The translations under genes and the position numbers were made by a program. The notes under the pieces are model-generated. The model searched no databases, had not been told where the DNA came from, and saw nothing but the letters and a program-made list of their open reading frames with translations. DNA of 64,000 nucleotides from the human T2T-CHM13v2.0 reference genome, Homo sapiens, in assembly GCF_009914755.1 (NCBI RefSeq), contig NC_060940.1; one strand, written 5' to 3'. Of this stretch, positions 41,981 to 64,000 are shown in pieces. The number at the start of each line of letters is the position of its first letter. Position 1 is the stretch's first letter.

Positions 41981-43227
41981 TAGCGATCTCCAGAGACCCC
42001 TTTTTTTAAAAACACAATTCACCCATTTAAAGTGCAAAATTCTATGATTCTGATACATTCACAACCATCTTCAAACTCAATTTGAGAACATTTCATCACC
42101 CAGCAAGAAACTCTGTACACTTTATCAACCCCGTGACCCCTAGGCTCTTCTTATCCCTAGGAAACCACTAATCGACTTTGAGTCTATAGGTTTCAATATT
42201 TTGGACATTTTATAGGAATGAAATGATATGTGGCTTCTTTCACTTTGCAAAATGTTTTAAAAATTCATACATGTTGTAGCATGTGTCAGTAATCTTTTTA
42301 TTTTATCATAAAATAAGTTATATATATTTGTGGATTACAAAGTAATATGATATGTGTGTATAATGTGTAATGATTCAGTCAAGCCGATACATATATCCAC
42401 CTCAAATACTTATCATTTTTGTAATGAGAACATTTAAAATCTACTTAGCAACTTTGAACTATACATTATTATCAACTGCAGTTAATATGCTATGCAGTAG
42501 ATTTCAAAAAACCTTATTTCTCCTAACTGAAACTTTGTACCTTGAACCATCTCCCCATTCCACCTTCCCCCAGCCTCTGGTAACCATTATTCTGTTGTCT
42601 ATTTCTATGACTTCACTGGTTTTAGATTCTGCATATACGTGAGACCACGTAGTTTTTGTCTTTCTGTGTCTCTCACTTAACTTAGCATAATGTCCTCCAA
42701 GTTTATTCATATTGCCACAAATGACAGAATTTCCTTCTTTTAATGGCTGAATAATATTTCATTATGTATAATACCATATTTTCTTGTATAATATCAACCG
42801 TTGATGGATGCTTAGGTTGATTCCAGGTCTTGGCTCATTGTGAATAATGCTGCAATGACATGGGTGTGTAGATATCTCTTCAACATACTGATTTTAATTT
42901 CTTCAGATATATACCCAGAAGTGGGATTGCTGGACTTCATGATCATTCTATTTTTAGTTTTTTGAAGAACCACTATATAGTTTTTTATATTGATTGTACT
43001 AATTTACATTCCCACCAACAGTATGCAACAGTTCCTTTGTCTCCACATCCTCATCAACACCTATCTTTCATCTTTTTTGATAATAACCATTCTGACAGGT
43101 GTGCGGTGATAGATTATTGTGGTTTTAATTTGCATTTCTCTAATGAACAGTACTGTTGAGTGTGTTTTTGTATGTCTGTTGGCCATTTTTATGTCACCTT
43201 TTGAGTAATGTCTATTCAGTAATTTAA

Positions 43228-43657
<430 letters not shown>

Positions 43658-44531
43658 ATCTCTTTACTCTTGATTGTTTTCTTTGATGTGTAGCGCTTTT
43701 TAGTTTGATGTAATCACATTTCCCTATTTTTACTTTTGTTGCCAAAGCTTTTGGGGTCAATCCAAAAGATCTTTGCCTAGACAAATGTAATGTAACTTTC
43801 TCCCTTTTTTCCTCTAGTATGATAATTTCAGGACTTACATTTAAGTCTTTAATCTGTTTTGAGTTGATTTTTTTTAATAGGGTGTGAAATAGGGTCCAAT
43901 TTCATTCATCTGCAGGTGAATTTCAAGTTTTCCCAACTCTTTATTGAAGAGACTGTCCTTACCCCATTGTGTGTGTTCAAAAATCAATTAGCCATAAATA
44001 TATGGGTTCATTTCTGGGCTCTGTATTGTGTTCCATTGGTTAAATGTGTGTATTTTGATGACAGTACCATGCTATTTTAATTACTTTAGTTTTGTATTAT
44101 ATTTTGAATTCAGATAGTATGATGCCTCCAGCTTTGTTCTTTTTCCTTAAGGTTGCCTTGGCTGCTTAGGGTGTTTTTTGTGTGTGTGATTTCATACAAG
44201 TTTTAGGATTTTTTTTTTCTATTTCTGTGAAAAATGACATTAGAATTTTCGTAGAGATTGCATTAAATCCGTGTATCACTTTGGGTATGTGTGTACATTT
44301 TAACAATATTAATTTTTCCAATCAATGAACGTGGAATATTTTGATATTTATTTGTATCTTTTTTAACTTCTTCATCAATGTTTTATAGTTTTCATTGTAG
44401 ATCTATTTCACCTCTTTGGTTAAATTTATTTCTAAGTATTTTATTTTTTGTAACTATTGTAAATGGAATTATTTTCTTGATTTCTTTTTCTAATAGTTCA
44501 TTTTTAGTGTCTAGAAATGCTATTGATTTTT

Positions 44532-48357
<3,826 letters not shown>

Positions 48358-48785
48358 TAGAAATGCTATTGATTTTTTATGTTGGTTTTATATCTTGGAA
48401 CTTTATTCATTTATTCTCACATATTTTTGTGGAATCTGTAGGATTTTCTATAAAAAAGATCATCATGTCATGATATCAGCAAACAGACAATTTTACTTCT
48501 TTCTCTCCTATTTAAATGTCTTTTTTTTTCCTTTCTCTTGTCTAACTATTCTAGTCAAGGACTTCCAATACTATGTTGCATGGAAGTGGAAAGCATGTGC
48601 ATCCTACACTTGTTCCTGGTCTTACAGGAAAAGTGTTCAACTTTTCCCCATTGTTTATGATGTTAGCTGGGGTTTTGTCATATACAGCCTTTATTGTGTT
48701 GAGGTGTGTTTTTTCTATACTTAATTTGTTGAGAGTTTTTATGAAGACATGTTGAGGGTTTTTTTTCTTTTTTTTCCTAGACTGC

Positions 48786-49155
48786 TAATATGGTTTGGTT
48801 GTGTCCCCACCCAAATCTCATCTTGAACTGTAGTTCCCATAATCCTCACATCTGGTGGGAGGGATCCGGTGGGAGGTAATTGAATAATGGCAGTGGTTTT
48901 CCCCAAGTTATTCTTATAATAGTGAGTAAGTTCTCCTGAGATCTGATGGTTTTATAAGGGGCTTCTCCCCTTCACTTGCTCTCATTCTTCTCCTTCCTGC
49001 CACCATGTGAAGAAAGATGTGTTTGCTTCCCCTTCTGCCATGATTGTAAGTTTTCTGAGGCCTCTCCAGCCCTGCAAGTTGATTAAACCTCTCTCCTTTA
49101 TAAGTTACCCAGTCTTGGGTATTTCTTCATAGCGGCATGAGAACAGAGTAATACA
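48786..49155 (+). mobile_element. THE1 MaLR solo LTR with TSD ACTGC
   Basis: taatatggtttggttgtgtccccacccaaatctcatcttgaactgtagttcccataatcc...gagtaataca. Confidence 0.92.
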
Positions 49156-49513
49156 ACTGCTCAGCAGAAGAATTTTATTAAATGCATTTTCTGCATCTAT
49201 TGAAATTATCATATGGTGTTTGTCCTTGATTCTATTAATGTGACTTACTATGTTTGTCCTTGATTCTCTTAATGTGACATATCATGTTTGTTGATTCATG
49301 TATGTTAAACCATCCTTGCAACCCTGGGATAAGTTCCATTTGATCATGGTGAATGATCTTTTTAGCATGATGTTGAATTTAGTTTACTAGTATTTTGTTG
49401 AGAATTTTTGCATCTATGTTCATCATGGATTTTGGCCTATCATTTTCTTGTAATGTCCTTGTCTGGCTTTGGTATCAGGGTAATGCTGGTATTGTACTAT
49501 GAGTTTTAAAGTG

Positions 49514-50043
<530 letters not shown>

Positions 50044-53000
50044 TGAAAGAATTTCAGAAAGAGTAGTGTTAGTTTTCCTTTAAATGTTTGGTAGAATTCA
50101 CCTGTAAAGTCATCATGTCCTAGGCTTTTCTTTGATGGAAGACTTTTTATTACTGATTAAATCTTTTTCTTCATTATTGATTTGTTCAGATTTTATGTTT
50201 CTTCATTATTCAGTCTTGCTAGGTTACTTGTGTCTGGTAATTTATCCATTTCTTTTAGGCTGTCCAGTTGATTGGCATACAGTTGTTCACAGTAATCTCT
50301 TACAGTCTTTTGTATTTTTGTGGTATCACTTGTAATGTTTCCTATTTCACTTCTGATTGTATGTATTGAGTCATCTCTTTTATTAAAGCAGTCTAGTTAA
50401 AGGTTTGCTGATTTTATCTTTTCAAAAATCTAACTCTTAGTTAATTTTTAAATTATTTTTCTAGTCTCCATTTATTTGTTCCAATTTTATTGATTTATTT
50501 CTTCTAATTTTGAGCTTAATTTGTTTTTCTAGTTCATCTGAGGTACTAGGTTGTTTGAGATCTTTCTTGCTTTTTTGACATAGGTGTTTATTGCTGTAAG
50601 TTTCCTCAAACAAATTGGTCAATGTCTCAGCCTCTTCTATTTTTTTAAAATGTGTACTATTAGTGTTATTTCTTCCTTGAAAGTTTGCTAGAATTCACCA
50701 GTAAAACTCCTTGGGCCTCAAGTTTTCTTTGTGGGAAGGCTTTTGCTAATAAATTAAATCAGTTTAAAAGATAAAGGCTATTTGTGATAATTTTGGTAGG
50801 TTGTGTTTTTCAAGGAATTTAGAAATTTTATCTAGGTTATTGGGTTTTTGGAGTAAAGTCGGTCAAAAATATGACCTTATTATCCTTCAGTGTTCTTTAG
50901 CATCTGTAGTGATAATCCCTCCTTTTAGTTCTGCCAGTTGTGATTCGTGTTTCTCTTTTGTTTCTTAATCAGCTTGTCTAGGGGGGTTGTTAGTTTTGTT
51001 GTTTAATATAACTAGATTTTGGCTTTTTAAATTTTCTTAATTACTTGTTTTCTATTTTGTTGATTTCTGCTTTTTATTTCATACTGTATTCATGGCTTGT
51101 ACTGTAGGATCACTTTGTTCTCTTTCATCTAGCTTCCCAGAATGTAATCTCTGGTTTATGATTTTATACCTTTCTTCTTTTTGATATGAACATTCAATGC
51201 CATTGGTTTCCTTTTAAGCATTGGTTTAGCAATGCAACTCAACACAAAATGTGTTTTAATGTTTCGTGTGGTTTGTTCTTTGACCAGTATTATTTAGAAT
51301 TGTGTTGCTTAATTATTAAATATTTGGGATTTTCATAGATATCTTATGGTTCTCTACCTTAATGTAATACATTTTTGTAAGAGAACATACTCTGTACGAT
51401 TTCAGTGTTCATATCTTGTTGGTGGACATATCCATTATTATTAAAAAATGTTCTTTGTGTCTAGTAACATTTTTTGTTCTTAAAGTCTGTTTATTTAATT
51501 TTAGTACAGCCACTACAACTCTCATTTGTTACCCTTTGAATATTTTTCCTACCCTCTTAATTTCAACTTATTTGTATCTTTGAATCTAAAATGTGTCTCT
51601 TGTAGACAGCTTGTAGTTGCATTATTTTTTTAAATCTATTCAGCCAATCTCTCCTTTTACTTGGCTATTTAATCAATTTATATTTAATGTAATTATTAGG
51701 TATGATTTATAGCTGCCTTTTTTGCTGTTTATTTTTTGTGTAGCTTATGTATTATTGTATTCCTCTATTCCTCTATTAATTCCTCCTTTTGTGTTTAACA
51801 TATATTTTCTAGTGTGCCATTTTATTTCTCCTGTAATTTCTTTCACTATATTTTATGAATAATTTTCTTAGGGGTTTGGAGATTGTAATTAAGATCTTAA
51901 CAATCTAGTCTGGATTTATATCAGTTTAACTTCAAAAGTGTGTAGTAGTCTTCTGCATTTGCCTATATGTTTCTATGGCACTCTTCTTCTTAAGAGTTGG
52001 GGTTACTATCTAGTGTCCTTTCATTTTAGCCTAAAGTACTTCCTTTAATATTTCATGTTGAATAGGTCTGCTAGTGACAAAATATGTTTGTTTTTTATTA
52101 TTTGTGAGTGCCTTAATTTCTCCTTTGTTATTGATGAATAGTCTTTCTAGGTGTAGACTTTTGGTTGACAGTCTTTTCTTTCAGGACTTTGAATATGCCT
52201 TCATACTGCCTTCTGAAATCTATAACTCCTAGAGAGAAATCAGCTATTCATCTTATTCAAGATCACTTGTATGTGACGAGTTACTTCCTTTTTGCTGTTT
52301 TTAAGATCCTATGTTTGGCTTTAACTATGAAATGTTATTATTAAGTATATAGATGTTTTTCCTACCTGGAGTTCATTGAGATTCTTGAAGGTGTAAATTA
52401 CTTTTCTAAACCAAATTTGGAGAGTTTTCAGCTATCATTTGTTTAAATATTCTTTCTTTTTTTCTCCTGTCCATCTGGGATTTCCATTATGGGTTCATTG
52501 GTATGCTTGACGGTATCCCATAAGTCTCTGAGGCTCTGTTAATTTTTTTTCTTTTTTCTTTCCGTTCTCAGACTAAATAATTTCAGTTGATTTATGTTCA
52601 ACTGAAGTTTGCTGATTCTTATCCTGCCTGATCAACTCTGCTATCTAGTCTTTCTAGTAAATTTTTATTGGACTTTTTAAACTCTAGAATTTTTATTTCT
52701 ATTTTTAAATAATTGTGATCTCTTTATTTGGTGAGACATCATTCTCATATTTTACTATAGTTCTCATACTTTTGTTTATTGATATAATTTTTTTCATTTT
52801 TGAAATACTTGAAATTGCCGATTTAAAGACTTTTTTTTACTAAGCTCAATATGTGCACTTGAACAATTTTTATTCTTTTTTTTCCCCAGTGCAACAACTA
52901 TATTTTTTTGCTCTTTAAATGTTTTGTATTTTGTTGTTGCTGTCATTGGAAACTTTACAACTTAAAAAATATAGTATGGCAGTCTGAAAATCATATTTCT

Positions 53001-53966
53001 CCCACTTTCCATGGTTTGTTTTTCTGCTCTTCCTATTTGTTTTTGTTGCTCTTGGTATTTGCTTTAATAACTTTTCTGAACTAACTCTGTAAGACTGTAT
53101 TTTTTCTCATGTGTGGCCACTGAAGTCTCTGCACTGTTTAGTGGTCAGATAATGTTTCGACAGAGATTTTCTTAAATGCATGTAAACAATAAATACAAAT
53201 ATCTGTTTTTGCCAAGAGCTCTGTTTTCATGTTGCAGTATGCTTTCCGTACTCAGCAAGGCAGTTTACAACTCTGCCTTAGCCTTTGCTTGCTGCCTATG
53301 CAGAGCCTCCATGTCAGTCTAGGTATGGATTTTTAGGTATTTCCTGAACATGTGCAGCTGTGGGCATGTGCTCAGCCCTACACGTGTACATGGCCTTCTT
53401 GAATTCCAGGAATATGTTAGAACTTTTCAAAGCTCCTATGGACCTCTCATTCCTCATAAATTTTCTTTTAAGACTTTTGATTAGCCAATCGTTTTCCCCA
53501 AATGTTATCCAACATCTCAGGCAGCCACAGTGTTAACTAATTGCTAATGATTGTTTTTTTTTTTTTACAAGTGTCTCCAAGAAAAAGTCTGCATTGAATG
53601 ATCTGAGTCAGGTCAATTAGAGACAAGTCTTGTGAATGGGGTTTTCCAAGGCACCACTAGACAGGTCAAAAGATAACAATTCTGAGAATTGTGCTTGGAA
53701 GGATCCCCAGTGCCATTCTGTTCCCTCCAGTGACCAGGTTGTTGGTTTTCATTATGATTGCAGACTCTTGGTTTTCAAGGCTACCGTGTTGCTGGGGAGA
53801 GAAAAGTAGGAATAGAACAAGTCAAACGCTACAGAACTCACTGTTCTTAAAAATATTCAGCTATTTTTCTTGAACAAAATGGCCACTGGATTGCTGCAAG
53901 TCTTTGGTTAATTTTGAGTTCTGAAAAGATTGATTCCATTTTTTTCCCAATGTTCTCTTTGCTTTT

Positions 53967-60400
<6,434 letters not shown>

Positions 60401-60412
60401 CTCATTGCTTTT

Positions 60413-61500
60413 ATGGAGGGAGTGATTTTTGGAGGTCCTTACCCCACCATTATCCCAGCTCCTTGTTTTTTTAAATCATTTATCTTTCTGTCTACAGATT
60501 GGATATGTTCTATTAATCTATCTTCAAGTTCACTGTTTCTTTCGTTTGTCATATCTATTATTTCATTAAACTCAGGCAGTAAATTTTTATTGTTAATATT
60601 TTTCAATTCTAAAATATTCATTTGGTTCTTTATATTTTATATTTCCCTGATAATATTTCTATCCTTTTTTCATTTTGAACGCATTCTTGTTATTATCAAG
60701 GATGGTTCTATGATCTGCTCTAAAGTTCTTATGTAACTTTAAACACATGGATTCTCCTACCATCTGGGTCATTTTGGGGTTGGCATATGTTGATCATCTT
60801 TTCCTATAGAAATGATTCATATTAGTCAGTTCTTTGTTGAGTAATTTTGGATTGGATCCTGGGCATACTGTTATAATGTGAAGGCCTCTGGGTTCTGTTA
60901 CATTCCTCTGAGGAACAATGATTTTATTTTAGCAGATAATTCATTAGATCAGACCCAAAGTATAAGCTCTGTTTCATTTACTGTGGTTATTAGTTCAAAT
61001 TTCAATTTAATTCTTTAAGCCTTTGCTGTGATGCTTTGAGTTTTCCCACACATGCATGGTGTTCTCCAGGTCAGAGATTTATACGAAATTCATATTCAGG
61101 ATTAGGAAATGCCCTTTTTTTACATCGCCCATTTAGGTGGGATTCCTCCCTTTTTATCTGGGAGCCTGACCTGATATTTGGGGTTCCTTTCCTTAGTTCT
61201 TTCATCCAGAAATTCTATGGGGATTCTAGCCCCTCTCATCCAGATGCTGTGCTGTGTGTATAACCTGCCCTCAAGATAAAGCCATAAATAAGAAAAAAGA
61301 AAAGAGAGAAGAAAGAAAACTTTTTGCACTTTACTTCTCCACACTTGACTTTTCTCAACATTTCTGCTTATATTTACTTTCTAGAATTTTTAGGTAGGTT
61401 TCTTCCCCCCCCCATGTTTTAGCTAAACTTTATCTGTTTAGGAGTAGGTTTGCAGGAAGCTTCTACCATCAAATAGTAAGTAGCAGCCACAGACAATATC
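60413..61500 (-). mobile_element. Old L1M relic (continuation of the host)
   Basis: tatcttcaagttcactg..tttttcaattctaaaatattcatttggttcttt. Confidence 0.55.
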
Positions 61501-61609
61501 TAAATAGATCATATTATTGGCTTGTTATTTTAAAAGTTGGCTTCTTCTACTTCCTTTCTAAGTAGAAAGACCTTTACTTTAGCCTGAAAAACTAAATTCT
61601 AAACCTAGT

Positions 61610-61790
61610 TACATCATTTATTTTCTGTGTGATTTTAAGTGAATTATTTAACTTTACTGAACTTCATTTTCCTCCTACTTAAAAGGGAGGAAATTATAAT
61701 AAGGGATTTGATATGAGAATTAAAGGAAAGAGTACAGATAAAGTGCCTAGGAGAGTATCTGGGCCCATAATTGGGGCTTAGTAAGTGTCA
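61610..61790. mobile_element. MIR relic
   Basis: gtgattttaagtgaattatttaactttactgaacttcattttcctc...aaagtgcctag. Confidence 0.6.
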
Positions 61791-62569
61791 GCCCTCTTTT
61801 TTTGTGTGGAAAGGAATTAAGCTAGCTGGTGATTATTTGGCTACTGCATTTGAAGGCAGTAAAACCAAAGTCTGAATTATCTGGGTTGATAAGATTATCT
61901 AGATCACTGCTAAATCTCCCTGCCACTTTATCCTGTTGATACTGAGACACCTAACTCTCAAATATAATCTTCCAAAAAGCAATCCTTTACAAGGCGACTC
62001 TGAAAGACTCTTTGTGCTAGCAAACAATACCCAAAGTGTGCCTTCCAGAGAGACAATATAGTAAAGCAGCACATTAATCTTGCCCCAAATCCTATTTCAT
62101 GTCTTCCGGACATTGCAGAGGGGAGATGGGTGGAAACAATGGATCCATTGAGAATTACAGGCTGACCTCCAACTGAGACCTCTACCTGGGTGACTACATT
62201 TGGATGGAGAACAAGTACTTTGGCCCTAGCCACATTTTGTTTCCTGTTCCCTGACTGAGGTTGGCTGCAGTTCAGTTATGAACTCTGCTAGCAAGACCGT
62301 GACACTGGAAAAGACGTTAAAAGTGCCCACCCATTCAGGATTTAATTAATGGTTGCACAGGAACCAACTTCTTCCCACTCAGCAGAGAGGAAAGGGTTGG
62401 CAGCTGACCACTCCTCAGGCTGCCAGCTCTCAGTCCTTTGAGGACCTCAGCCATGCACCTGTGCCAAGAGGTTGGCAGCTGAGGTTCGATGATCCAAGGC
62501 CTCACAAAATCTCATCCACGAATCAACCTGCTTATCGTTATTTCCTGCAAAACTTCAAAACCATAAAAT

Positions 62570-63870
62570 TCTTTCTTTCTCAGCTTTATTGAGGTATCAT
62601 TGACAAATAGGAATTGTATATATTTAACATGTATGACTTGACTTCTTGATGTATGTATACACTGTGAAATGATCAGCACAATTAAGCTAATAACATATCC
62701 ATCACCCATCTAGTTACCTCTCTCTTCCCTTTTTCTTTTCTTCTTTCCTACCTTTTTCCCTCCCTCCTTCCCTTTCTTTTTTTCCTTTTCTTCTTTTATG
62801 TGGTGAAAATATTTAAGATCTGCCCTCTTAGCAAATTTCAAGTCTATAACATAAACTGTAGACTTGATCACCATGTTGTATGCTAGATCTCCGGAACTTA
62901 TAACTTCATCTTATAACTGAAACTTTGGATACTTCGACTAACATCTCCCAATTTCCCCTTGTCCCTCACCCCAACCATTTTACTCTTTGCTTCTATGTAT
63001 CCGAGTACTTTAGATTTTATACATAAGTGAGAGCATGCAGTATTTGCCTTTCTCTATCTGGCTTATTTTACTTAGCACAATGTCTTCTAGGTTCATCCAT
63101 GCTGTCACAAATAGCACGATTTCTTTAGGAGTAAAGAATATTCCATGGTATATATAAACACATTTTCTTTATCCATGCATCCATCAATGGCCACTTAGTT
63201 TGCTTCTATAACTTTGCTTTGTGAATAATGCTGCAATGAATACTGGAATGCAGATATCTCTTCAACATACTGATTCCATTTCCTTTGGATATATGCACAG
63301 AAGTGGGATTGCTGGATCAAATATTTAATTCTATTTTTAGTTTTTTGAAGAACCTGTATATCGTTTTCTATGATGGTTGTATTACTTTACCTTTTAATCA
63401 ATAGTGTACAAGGATTCCTTTTCTCCATATCCTAACACTTACTGTTTTGTCTTTTTCACAGCCATTCTAATAGGTATGAGGTATCAAACCCTCATTGTGG
63501 GTTTGTGTTTCCCTGATAATTGGTGATGTTGATCACATTTTTACATACCTGTTAGCCATTTGTATATCTTCTTTTGAGAAATGTCTATTCAGGTCCTGTG
63601 CACATTTTAAAATTAAATTATAAGTGTTGATTTCTTTTTTTTCTATTGAGTTATATGAGTTCCTTATATATTTTGGATATTAACCCCTTAGCAGATAGAT
63701 GATTCACAGATATTTTCTGTCATTCTTTAGGTTGACTTTTTTATTCTATTGACTATTTCATTTGTGAAGAAGCTCTTAAGTTGGATACAACCCCCCATGT
63801 CTATTTTTGCTTTTGTTGCCTGTGCTTTGGGGGTCATATCAAAAATACTATTCTTACCAATGTTAAGAAG
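62570..63870 (-). mobile_element. L1MA/MB 3' end fragment with CT-rich insert (~62715-62800)
   Basis: cagctttattgaggtat..tgacaaat...acataagtgagagcatgcagtatttg...gagaaatgtctattcaggtcc. Confidence 0.85.
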
Positions 63871-64000
63871 TCTTCTCTACCCCTGTGCATAAACCCTTCT
63901 TTTACCCTCAAAATATCCTTTGTTGTTGCTAGAGCATCTGTTGCCTTCTTCAGTAACTGTCTTCCTTTCTCTTGTCATTTTATAGTTACCATTTGTTGAG

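Noticed and set aside
61950-62520. Possible ADAMTS18 exon in unique sequence
   Set aside because: No thrombospondin/PLAC-like cysteine pattern or convincing minus-strand exon seen.

Overview
Human (primate) genomic DNA that I recognise as the 16q23.1 interval from the 3' end of SYCE1L toward ADAMTS18. The locus assignment rests on recalling the SYCE1L protein; no ADAMTS18 exon was identified in the window. Contents: (1) the last five coding exons of SYCE1L (+ strand, 1387-3105, AATAAA at 3154), the last four inside a CpG island; (2) a disabled vomeronasal type-2 receptor 7TM exon (10579-~11469, probably VN2R10P); (3) 29 Alus, many LTRs (MLT2B, LTR41, MER73/54/74-group, THE1/MST, MER41B, MLT1, LTR16-like), MER5/MER58/Tigger4 DNA transposons and MIR/L2/L3 relics; (4) a tailless U2 snRNA 5' fragment with a target-site duplication (TSD); (5) a ~22 kb block (42-64 kb) of nested minus-strand L1s, including one full-length decayed element. 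I found no convincing new protein-coding system. The best leads are regulatory: a possible intronic poly(A) signal plus internal CpG-island promoter that could split SYCE1L, same-orientation CTCF motifs at 13.5 and 26.4 kb, a GAS motif in MER41B, and an unusually clean 34-bp inverted repeat inside an old LTR. Repeat subfamily names come from recall of consensus sequences and need Dfam/RepeatMasker confirmation; boundaries of old repeats are approximate.
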